Below are positions 48,637 to 56,527 of a stretch of 64,000 bases of DNA, piece by piece (the stretch's first letter is position 1; each line of letters starts with the position of its first letter). Both the position numbers and the translations under genes were made by a program. This DNA comes from a virus. Its lineage: Duplodnaviria > Caudoviricetes. The notes below the pieces were generated by a model. That model was not told where the DNA came from. It made no database searches and saw only the letters and a list, made by a program, of their open reading frames with translations. Location of the stretch: IMG/VR virus record IMGVR_UViG_3300008255_000098; one strand, given 5' to 3'.

Positions 48637-48846
48637 CTATTCTTTTTCTTTCTTATTTTTATCTGTTCCATACGTGTAATCCAAATAAAATAATAAACCA
48701 GCAGGTTTTGACATAGGTTGCACGACAATTAGGTCCCTCACTAATTGCGAAGGGAAAATTCGTCTTTTCCGACCTGAACACATATAAAATATTGTTTTCC
48801 TTCGGCGATATATTTGAATTGAATCTCTAATGTTTTTAATATTCAT
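48637..48846 (-). CDS. 69-aa protein resembling an isolated segment of a T4 gp23-type major capsid protein
   Basis: RRIFPSQLVRDLIVVQPMSKPAGLLFYLDYTYG; strong SD AAGGAG 6 nt before the ATG. Confidence 0.6.
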   Translation of the reverse strand: MNIKNIRDSIQIYRRRKTIFYMCSGRKRRIFPSQLVRDLIVVQPMSKPAGLLFYLDYTYGTDKNKKEKE

Positions 48847-49033
48847 ATTTCTCCTTTATTTATCCTTTTTGGTTAGTTTTAACAAATATTTGTGTCGTTG
48901 GTAACAAAACTAAACTCAAAAAAAATTGGATATGCAGTAGTGTTTAACAAAGTTTTTTGACCCTAGAAAGAAACAACATAACTCTTCTAGATTTTTGTAT
49001 CTATCAGACCGTTTATATTTTTAATTGATATTA

Positions 49034-50080
49034 CTAAAACCTTCTTAATTTCGAGGGCACATGTGCTCTTGCCTTGCCAGCGATAGCCCTAGCTTCTGGT
49101 AAATTATGGTGGGCTCCTTTACTTGGAATATTTGATGCTCCTTCAGCATTTGCCTCTGATGCTTTTTTGATTTCTTTACCAACTCTTTCAATTAACCATT
49201 TTCTGTAACTCAATGGCATATTGTAATATGTTTTATAATCCATTCCAAAATAATATCCAAGTAAAAAAAATGGCTCTAAAAAAACCATTTCTCTATAATC
49301 AGAACTCAAAGAGAAAAATGAATGGTTTGTTGGAATGCTAACTGTCTCTGTGTGAGGACAACCTGCACAAGAAAAATCAGTTTTCATATCTAGTCCCGGT
49401 TTGTGTGTTTCAATGTATTTACGTAAAACATTACTATCTGTTGCTCTCATATTTAAAACAAATTTTCTAATTTGTTCTCTATCAGTAACGCCGTTTATTT
49501 TAACAATAGAGTTAAGCAAAACTGATGTAACAACTGTATATTCACCCTCATCAGAATTTTCTAATAATTGATTTATTATCTTTTCTTCTTTCACAGATAA
49601 GAATTTAAATAAGATTTCATGTCCAGACTTTGGCAAAACAAACTTAAATAAATTTTCTCCTGGTATCTCTGGAGTTAAATCAAGAAATTTAATTGGAACA
49701 CTTGCTAAATCAAAATGTAATGTATTTTGTGTCTCGCACTCTGGACATGTTAAAATCGGCTCAAATAGCCTTCCATACCCAGAGATACGAATAGCAACCA
49801 TTAAAGCATCTTTGTCCCCGATCAGCATATCAGATATATCAATTTCTGGCGCTAACAAACAAGAAGAAATCATTTTCTCAACGGAAATATTTTTCTTCTT
49901 GTAGGCAGAATTTAAAAGTATATCTTCCTGTCGTGGTGTCATTGCTTTATATTCAACAGTTTTTTTATTGAAAAAGAAACTATCTTTATTGTAAATTTTT
50001 CCACGAGAGGGCAATGGAACATAATCTACTGGTAAATCATTTCCAGTACTACTTGAGGTATGTTTCTTACCTTTCCTCAT
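49034..50080 (-). CDS. gp26-like baseplate-hub/tail assembly chaperone with fused C-terminal extension
   Basis: VPLPSRGKIY, MTPRQEDIL, GDKDALMVAIRISGYG, two CxxC pairs, then FF...YNMPLSYRKWLI extension. Confidence 0.7.
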   Translation of the reverse strand: MRKGKKHTSSSTGNDLPVDYVPLPSRGKIYNKDSFFFNKKTVEYKAMTPRQEDILLNSAYKKKNISVEKMISSCLLAPEIDISDMLIGDKDALMVAIRISGYGRLFEPILTCPECETQNTLHFDLASVPIKFLDLTPEIPGENLFKFVLPKSGHEILFKFLSVKEEKIINQLLENSDEGEYTVVTSVLLNSIVKINGVTDREQIRKFVLNMRATDSNVLRKYIETHKPGLDMKTDFSCAGCPHTETVSIPTNHSFFSLSSDYREMVFLEPFFLLGYYFGMDYKTYYNMPLSYRKWLIERVGKEIKKASEANAEGASNIPSKGAHHNLPEARAIAGKARAHVPSKLRRF

Positions 50081-50088
50081 ATTAAATA

Positions 50089-50982
50089 TTATTTAAGAGT
50101 GTCTGGCCAGAAAAACTCAGGTCCCATTGGTAATGATATTTCTGCAACGTGGTCACAGCTGTAACACGAAAAATCCACCATCATATCCACACCGGGCTCA
50201 TGTTTATCTATGTAAGATCTGAGCGACAGACTATCTCTTGCTGGCATAAATTGCACAAATCTATTAATTTGTGAACGATCTTTTACTCCGTCTATTTCTA
50301 CAATAGAAGATAATAATCTAGTCGTAACAATGTTGTTGTTTTGAATACCCTTTTTGTTTTTAACTTCTAAAGTTTTGAGAATTTTTTCTTCCTCTTCACC
50401 AGTCAAAAATCTAAATCCGATATTTCTTTTAGAAACTGGAAGAGAGAAATAAAACAAATTTTCATAAGGGTTTGCAGGTTCTATATTTAAGGTTTTAATA
50501 CCTAAAGAACGTAAATCAATTTCGAGCTTACTTTGTACGCCGCAAGCTGGACATGTAAAACTTGGAAGATATTCACTTCCATATCCGGAGTCTCGGATTG
50601 CAATCATTAGTGCATTTCTGTCTCCGGAAATCATTTGGTTAACATCAACGCTTTTATCAGTCAGGCAGGACTTGATCAACTCTGTGATGACAGTTCCTTT
50701 TTTGATATATGCCTTGCTCATCAAAATATCTTCTTCACGTGCGGTCATTGACCTGAACTCAACCCTGTCTTTATTGTGCAAAGCGTGACCAGATGGGTAA
50801 ATTTTTCCAGCAGATGGCAAAGGAACAGCCTGAATAGGAATATCAAGCCCAAGTTCCTGTTTAGCATATTCTTGAGTGCTAATGGGCATTACTTCGCCAT
50901 TTTCAGCTGCTTGTTTTGCTGCAAATACAGAATTTCTATATTCTCTTTGCTCTTCTTCAGTCATTTGATTTTGTTCACTCAT
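50089..50982 (-). CDS. gp26-like baseplate-hub/tail assembly chaperone
   Basis: VPLPSAGKIY, MTAREEDIL, GDRNALMIAIRDSGYG, CPAC/CYSC, ends FFWPDTLK. Confidence 0.8.
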   Translation of the reverse strand: MSEQNQMTEEEQREYRNSVFAAKQAAENGEVMPISTQEYAKQELGLDIPIQAVPLPSAGKIYPSGHALHNKDRVEFRSMTAREEDILMSKAYIKKGTVITELIKSCLTDKSVDVNQMISGDRNALMIAIRDSGYGSEYLPSFTCPACGVQSKLEIDLRSLGIKTLNIEPANPYENLFYFSLPVSKRNIGFRFLTGEEEEKILKTLEVKNKKGIQNNNIVTTRLLSSIVEIDGVKDRSQINRFVQFMPARDSLSLRSYIDKHEPGVDMMVDFSCYSCDHVAEISLPMGPEFFWPDTLK

Positions 50983-51047
50983 ATTTTACCTTTGCTGTAT
51001 CTTGTATGTAAAAAATATATATGTCTTACTAAAAATTTTAAACCACT

Positions 51048-51581
51048 TTATTTGCGCACATACAGAGATTCACCTTCAGGTCCTCCGTTGTCTATGGTAA
51101 GTTTTCTTTCGAATCCAACACTTGACAAAAAATTATCTAGGTCTTCAAGAGTATTGGGATGTTGTTGTGTCTTAAATCTGACATTTGTATAAATTGCTTT
51201 AAAAGGAAATCTTCCAAGTAGCGGCCCAAATCCTTCTAATACAGATTTTTCTTCGCCATGTAAATCTAAAACGATTAAATCATAAAAATCTAAATTAATA
51301 TCAACAATATTCTCACGAACGAGTTGATCAAAAGTTATATTATTTTGGGTAGTAACATTTGATAAATTTGCACAAAAATATTTTGAAAATACTGTTGTTT
51401 CTCTTGTATTTTTGTATAAATTAGCAATATTTTCTTGCTTTTGTTCTATCCACAAAGCGTGTGAAAAATTGTTTTTTTCATAAGCTTTGGCATATTTTTC
51501 TCCGTTGGTACCAATGTGAATTACTCCAACAAAATTTTCTGTCGAACAAGTCTCAGCGCAATCTTTAAATGGTATAAACAT
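51048..51581 (-). CDS. Divergent FkbM-like methyltransferase paralogue
   Basis: GVIHIGTN, LWIE, LIVLDLHGEEKSVLEGFG, AIYTNV align by eye with the 32870-33490 protein. Confidence 0.65.
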   Translation of the reverse strand: MFIPFKDCAETCSTENFVGVIHIGTNGEKYAKAYEKNNFSHALWIEQKQENIANLYKNTRETTVFSKYFCANLSNVTTQNNITFDQLVRENIVDINLDFYDLIVLDLHGEEKSVLEGFGPLLGRFPFKAIYTNVRFKTQQHPNTLEDLDNFLSSVGFERKLTIDNGGPEGESLYVRK

Positions 51582-52423
51582 TACTTTTCCTCAATAAATT
51601 TAAGTTCCACTGGAACATGAACGGAGGTTGCTTGTATTCCAGAATAGCTTTTATAATCTATTGTTTGTCCAGAAAGATATTTTGTATTTATTTGTTCTGT
51701 TGAAAGTTCCCCCGTAAATCTATTATTGTATTGTGTTTGAACAATATTAACAGGAATATTAATTAATCTTGGACCTTCGGTATAACAACACAAATATTGA
51801 GGAAAACCATTTTGCTTACTTACAGCGTCTAACATGGATTCAAAAGTATTTGGATTTTTATATCTAATCACAGAAGCAATATTTTTCATAATGTCTGTTT
51901 TATATACGTTCCCGTCAACTGACATTGGGTATCCCCAATCACCTTCTTTTCCCGCCCATGCCCAAACTATATTTTTAACAAAATTTGGTACGGAGCTATT
52001 TTTGTTGGTGGCATAACAATGTGTTACCCCCTTGTGTAGTCGAAGACTTACAGCAATCATTGACTGATTTTTGTCAAGGAATTCAAATTGTTTATCATCT
52101 ATGGAAACAGTATTAACGAAAATATCGTCATCAACTAAAAACATAATAAAATTTGCTGTGCTATTTTGTATCGTGTTTGTTAGTTGAGAATAAAAATCTT
52201 CTTCTTCCTGCCAAATAAGATTCTTTTTTCCTAAAAAGATTTTTTGTGTTTTTAGGTATCCCTTTTTAAATTCATCGGTAGTTGCCTTCCATAATACTGT
52301 TACTTTTGGATCAAGACAAATAAATTTATCATAAAACGAGGCAAGGCACGTATGTGCTTGTGAGGCTCTATTGCAAGAAAACAATATTACTTCTATTTGT
52401 TTTTCATTGGTAATAATATCCAT
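51581..52423 (-). CDS. GT-A (GT2-like) glycosyltransferase
   Basis: ILFSCNRASQ..., FLVDDDIF (DxD-type), YPMSVDGNVY. Confidence 0.7.
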   Translation of the reverse strand: MDIITNEKQIEVILFSCNRASQAHTCLASFYDKFICLDPKVTVLWKATTDEFKKGYLKTQKIFLGKKNLIWQEEEDFYSQLTNTIQNSTANFIMFLVDDDIFVNTVSIDDKQFEFLDKNQSMIAVSLRLHKGVTHCYATNKNSSVPNFVKNIVWAWAGKEGDWGYPMSVDGNVYKTDIMKNIASVIRYKNPNTFESMLDAVSKQNGFPQYLCCYTEGPRLINIPVNIVQTQYNNRFTGELSTEQINTKYLSGQTIDYKSYSGIQATSVHVPVELKFIEEK

Positions 52424-52671
52424 ATATTTTCCTGTAAGAATTTCAACAACTTGATTTGTTTTTTATTTATTAATATTTTTTTTTCTAAAGTAGTTATAAT
52501 TCTTTTTTCTAAAACTGATTTTGTTGCTAACTTATACTTTTGTATGGCAGCTATGTAATATTCTGTGTCTTTTATAAGAAGTCTGCATTCTGCTTCTAAT
52601 AACGCCGCTATTGTTTTGGTTTTTCCAGTACGTATTATATTCAAGTAGATGGTTTTCTTAAAAGAGTTCAC
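52393..52671 (-). CDS. Hypothetical protein
   Basis: 92-aa Lys/Ile-rich ORF co-oriented in the operon. Confidence 0.5.
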   Translation of the reverse strand: MNSFKKTIYLNIIRTGKTKTIAALLEAECRLLIKDTEYYIAAIQKYKLATKSVLEKRIITTLEKKILINKKQIKLLKFLQENIWILLPMKNK

Positions 52672-52704
52672 GAAGATAACTATCTCAAGATTGTTTTATA
52701 TGAC

Positions 52705-52750
52705 AAGGCGTAAAACCCATCCATCGTTTTTACGTGGGCGGCCAGCTCAC
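52705..52750 (+). mobile_element. Miniature IS200/IS605-type right-end element, degenerate
   Basis: AAGGCGTAAAACCCATCCATCGTTTTTACGTGGGCGGCCAGCTCAC; similar to the 25063-25117 copy; ends 3 nt from the thyX stop. Confidence 0.5.
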
Positions 52751-52753
52751 CTC

Positions 52754-53470
52754 TTAAACAAATGGTTCAATCAAGCTCCCGTTGTCACCCACAAATCCAA
52801 ATGCACGTAACGTTAAATCAAATTCTTTAGTATTTTGTACTGCTTTTAGCATTAATTTAGCAAGCTCACAAACTTCTCGCTGTGCGTGTGTGCTATACCG
52901 CAGGCCAATAAAGTGTGAAAAACTTCTAAAATTAAACTGCATGTCACATAAAATTTGATTGCCATATGGCAAATAAAATCTTGAACTTTCTTTAGCCCTC
53001 TTTCGAGCTTCAGACTTTTTCATACCTTTTACTCTAATATAATGTTCGGTAAGCCTTATAAGTGAATTATGATATTTTTCATATGTTTTTTCCATATGTT
53101 CTAAATAAATCTGTATTTCATCATCTGGCCAATCATCTGGGATGAATAGCTTATCTTCTTTTAGTTCTTTGTATCTAGCTGATTCAGCATTAATTGAAAC
53201 GCCAATTCTGTGTTTTAGAAGATGTATATGTGTTGCTATATCGCTCTTAACTAAGAAATGTAATGCGCTCTTTTCGAATGGAGTGTGATGATTATTTTCA
53301 GCCAACATTTTTAAAAGAGCAGGAATTCGTGCTTCCTTCTCTGGTGTTAGCTCTCGTGAGGTACTGGTCCAAGCAGAACAAGCGTGCTCTCTATCTCCAC
53401 CATAAAAACCAATAAGTTCAACTGTATTTTGATGTTCTGATTCATCGTTAAATATTCTTTGAGTGTCCAT
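52754..53470 (-). CDS. thyX: Flavin-dependent thymidylate synthase
   Basis: HHTPFE, KHRIGVSINAESARY (RHRxxSxxxxSxR variant), NFRSF, HAQRE. Confidence 0.9.
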   Translation of the reverse strand: MDTQRIFNDESEHQNTVELIGFYGGDREHACSAWTSTSRELTPEKEARIPALLKMLAENNHHTPFEKSALHFLVKSDIATHIHLLKHRIGVSINAESARYKELKEDKLFIPDDWPDDEIQIYLEHMEKTYEKYHNSLIRLTEHYIRVKGMKKSEARKRAKESSRFYLPYGNQILCDMQFNFRSFSHFIGLRYSTHAQREVCELAKLMLKAVQNTKEFDLTLRAFGFVGDNGSLIEPFV

Positions 53471-53600
53471 GTGAACTATGGTAGCACTACAAAAATAAAA
53501 TGTGTATCAGTATTATTCGTCAAAATGTGGGCCTTTTCATAAGTTTCTAGGTCGCATACACCTAGGCTTTTCGAAAAAAGTTTATCTTTAGTGTTATCAG

Positions 53601-53640
53601 TGACGCCCCAACAGGTTTGTTCTGTGGGTGAGCAGTTCAC
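53601..53640 (+). mobile_element. Miniature IS200/IS605-type right-end element
   Basis: TGACGCCCCAACAGGTTTGTTCTGTGGGTGAGCAGTTCAC; the last 14 nt (GGTGAGCAGTTCAC) are identical to the 5769 copy; contains the TGA stop of the convergent gene. Confidence 0.6.
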
Positions 53641-53981
53641 TCATCTAATTTCTTAATTCTGTTTATTTCATCTTCTAAAAATGTAATTTTTCTTTGTATT
53701 CCTGGCATATCTGGGCTACTGTAGGTTGAAATTTCGACTAACATTATTTTTAAATTTGGGTCTTTCCAAATTCTAGTAACACTTCCTTTAATCTTTCGCA
53801 CAGAAGCTTCTTTTGGGTTGAGTCTTGATACAGATAAACCATATTCTGCTGCAATTCCAATCTCCTCTGGCGTTTTAAAATCAATTGATACTAAACTGCC
53901 AACAGAAATTTCTGTAAGACATTCTTTAATAGATCTTTCCTGTACTTGGTGCCAGGGAAAAAACTTACTCCAAAATGCCAT
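53637..53981 (-). CDS. Hypothetical protein (small beta-barrel-like)
   Basis: 114-aa ORF; TATACT -10-like box upstream at 53989-53994. Confidence 0.65.
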   Translation of the reverse strand: MAFWSKFFPWHQVQERSIKECLTEISVGSLVSIDFKTPEEIGIAAEYGLSVSRLNPKEASVRKIKGSVTRIWKDPNLKIMLVEISTYSSPDMPGIQRKITFLEDEINRIKKLDE

Positions 53982-54020
53982 TTCACCTAGTATAATACCA
54001 ACAAAATTAATTTGATAACA

Positions 54021-55697
54021 TCAAATTTCTTGACTCTCATCTATAACTTTAAGCATAGGAGCTGTTAGTAATGAAGCATTGTCATTTTTTTCAATCCAAT
54101 TAATGTCTCCGATTGGTTCTACCCGATATACCCTAACGCTTTCTACTGATTCACTATTATTTCTAGCTGTATTGCTATTCATAGCAATTATAAGTTGTTT
54201 GCCAGAGTTGGATTTGATATAATCTCCAGAGCCGTATTCTTCAGCAGTAGCGTAATAAAATGGTTGGTTGATGGCTTCTAAATCTACCTCTACCCCTTTC
54301 GAATAATCTTTACGATATCTATTCACACCCATTATTGGACCCTCATAAAAAATATCTGATAATCGTGTATTGCGGAAAATTATATTTTCTCTTTCAAAAT
54401 TTTCTTTAACTAAGCTCGGGTCTATATGTAGTTTATTGAGTTTTTGTAACATTGAAAAGTTATTTTTAGCAGTTGCATAATAAACAAAGTTTAACCATGG
54501 GCGTTTAACTTCTTCTTCTTCGCCATCTCCGCTAGACATAAAACTTATAGACCCCCCTGCACGGGAAGAATCAAAGCTACAATCATCATCTTTTGTTTGT
54601 GTTTTTGGATTTTCTATATCGTCTAATGGTTTTTTAGAAATATCACTTCTATTTTTGTAATAATATTCCCAAACATTTGAAGCATCTGGAGAAACAGAAT
54701 CTCTATCTGCTGTCACTCCGTGATTTCCAGCTACTTCAATAGCAACGTCATATAATAATGGTCCATAACCTTTTGTAGCCTCAGATTGAAAAATAATATA
54801 TGCGCCAAGACACCCAGTCTTTGCTAGTTTCATTTCCACATAACCTTCAACTCCAGAAGAGTTTTCTGTATATTTTACAACAACATTACCCATATACGGT
54901 TCTATGGAAACACCAACATCTTCTGGAAGAGAACTTGGATTTCTAGCTGCTTCTACAAAAAACATTTCTCTTAAAGAATGTTTTTTCTTCCTGCGTTTCT
55001 TATGTTTTTTAATAAATCCTGGGACTCCGGGATCTCTAGTTGGCTTTCCTTTGGAATCTCTATTGTATAAATTGTCTGGTAGAGAACCGCCTAATTGAAA
55101 ATATGAAAGTCCACCATTTGAACCAATATATTCTTCTTCAAGCTCTTTACCTTCGGATAGATTACAAGGTAGAAATACAGCAATGTTGTTTTTGACATTT
55201 GTTATTGCCTTTATTCTATTAGAATCAACTCCTCGTTTCTCAAGGTGTTTTATAATATCTTTTGGTGTTTCTGTTTCTTCAAAAAATAATTTTTCCAAAG
55301 AATGTTTTTTACTTTCAAAGTTATATTCGTAGTCATCTGGTTTGTCAATTACATAAGCTTTAGCATATTTTTTACCAGAAATTTTCTGTTGTGAAAGTCT
55401 GTGGTGTCCATCTTGTATATACATGTTCCCGTTTGCAGTTCTAACAATAATCGGGAATTTTGTTTTCGGGACCCATTCACCGCTGTTGTGCTTTTTGATT
55501 GTACCTGTAGAAACAAATTTTTGTGTTGCTAATAGTTTTGGGTCATTTAGATTTATAGTTATAACTTTACCAGTTTTGTATAATGGGTCCATTTTTGTTA
55601 CGGAAACTCCCCACATATCTTCATCCTCAGGCGGGGGATTATAAATATTAAATGGAACTTCTATTTCGTCTTTAGTTTTTTTAGTTCTATAACCCAT
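54021..55697 (-). CDS. Multi-module protein: ParB/Srx-like + GNAT-like + Arr-like ART-fold modules separated by repeated Glu linkers
   Basis: YIQDGHHRL; TKGYGPLLYDVA...SVSPDASNVW; FYYAT..YGSGDYI...VYRVEPIGD. Linkers KKHSLEKLFFEE, KKHSLREMFFVE, RLSDIFYEG. Confidence 0.6.
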   Translation of the reverse strand: MGYRTKKTKDEIEVPFNIYNPPPEDEDMWGVSVTKMDPLYKTGKVITINLNDPKLLATQKFVSTGTIKKHNSGEWVPKTKFPIIVRTANGNMYIQDGHHRLSQQKISGKKYAKAYVIDKPDDYEYNFESKKHSLEKLFFEETETPKDIIKHLEKRGVDSNRIKAITNVKNNIAVFLPCNLSEGKELEEEYIGSNGGLSYFQLGGSLPDNLYNRDSKGKPTRDPGVPGFIKKHKKRRKKKHSLREMFFVEAARNPSSLPEDVGVSIEPYMGNVVVKYTENSSGVEGYVEMKLAKTGCLGAYIIFQSEATKGYGPLLYDVAIEVAGNHGVTADRDSVSPDASNVWEYYYKNRSDISKKPLDDIENPKTQTKDDDCSFDSSRAGGSISFMSSGDGEEEEVKRPWLNFVYYATAKNNFSMLQKLNKLHIDPSLVKENFERENIIFRNTRLSDIFYEGPIMGVNRYRKDYSKGVEVDLEAINQPFYYATAEEYGSGDYIKSNSGKQLIIAMNSNTARNNSESVESVRVYRVEPIGDINWIEKNDNASLLTAPMLKVIDESQEI

Positions 55698-55714
55698 TTA
55701 TTCCTACCAGATGT

Positions 55715-56527
55715 TTATTTTTCTTCGTCATTGCCTGACCATAAAATATCATATTGACCAGACATATCTCCACCAAGAGGGTTACCTCCCGTGCCAGAAA
55801 TTTTGCCAGAAGACTGCACCGCCCCTGTACCTACACCAATAGCACTAATTTCGTTTATCTTACTAAAATCAGAAATTATTTCTTCCAACTCTTTAATAGA
55901 TTTTTCTGGCGATGTATGTAAAATAGTTGTACCCCCATTTGCAATAAATTTATTCACAAATTTTAGTCTATCATCAATTAGAATATCATACCTGCTATTA
56001 GCAAATTTCTCTTTGTTTTGCGTGCAATAAAAGTTATTGTACATCCCTTTAAAGTTTTTATCAGCCCACTCATGTTTTTCCTTTTCGCAGGTTGGATTAG
56101 AGTCTATTGGGGCAGTTAAAATATTAGGTAGCTTTCCAGTAAAATTTTTAGCAGCATTGAGCATATTTTTAGCTCCTGGTAAAACCTCTAACCCTATAAA
56201 AAATCCTGGCTGCGAAGCAAAAGAATAAGTAAGCCCTCTGTATTTATTCCAAGCTTTTTTAAGCTTTGCCATTACTGGATCTTTTTGTTGACCTCTAAAT
56301 TTTTCTCTTAGTTCATCTGTCGGCAAACCCTGTAAATCAGGAACTTGTGAAAACAATTCATCAAGTTCTTTTTTAGAATTTTCTACTATCTTATTATGTA
56401 CAAGTCCACCATGAAAATCTGCTAATACTCCATCCATATCAAAATAAACTGTTATTTCTGGTTTTTCTAAAGAACTAAGTTCGTTTTCTACTAATAGTTT
56501 AATTAAGTTTTTAATTTTGTGTGTCAT
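55715..56527 (-). CDS. HAD 5'(3')-nucleotidase-like phosphatase with Glu-motif leader
   Basis: IKNLIKLLVENEL leader, VYFDMDGVLADF, ILTAP, ILIDD; acidic/Gly tail after INEIS. Confidence 0.8.
   Translation of the reverse strand: MTHKIKNLIKLLVENELSSLEKPEITVYFDMDGVLADFHGGLVHNKIVENSKKELDELFSQVPDLQGLPTDELREKFRGQQKDPVMAKLKKAWNKYRGLTYSFASQPGFFIGLEVLPGAKNMLNAAKNFTGKLPNILTAPIDSNPTCEKEKHEWADKNFKGMYNNFYCTQNKEKFANSRYDILIDDRLKFVNKFIANGGTTILHTSPEKSIKELEEIISDFSKINEISAIGVGTGAVQSSGKISGTGGNPLGGDMSGQYDILWSGNDEEK

Noticed and set aside
53471-53478. TAGTTCAC directly upstream of the thyX ATG as a sixth IS right end
   Set aside because: It lacks the preceding hairpin and GTGGG; it follows a TACACA-N17-TACCAT promoter-like sequence, so it is probably coincidental.
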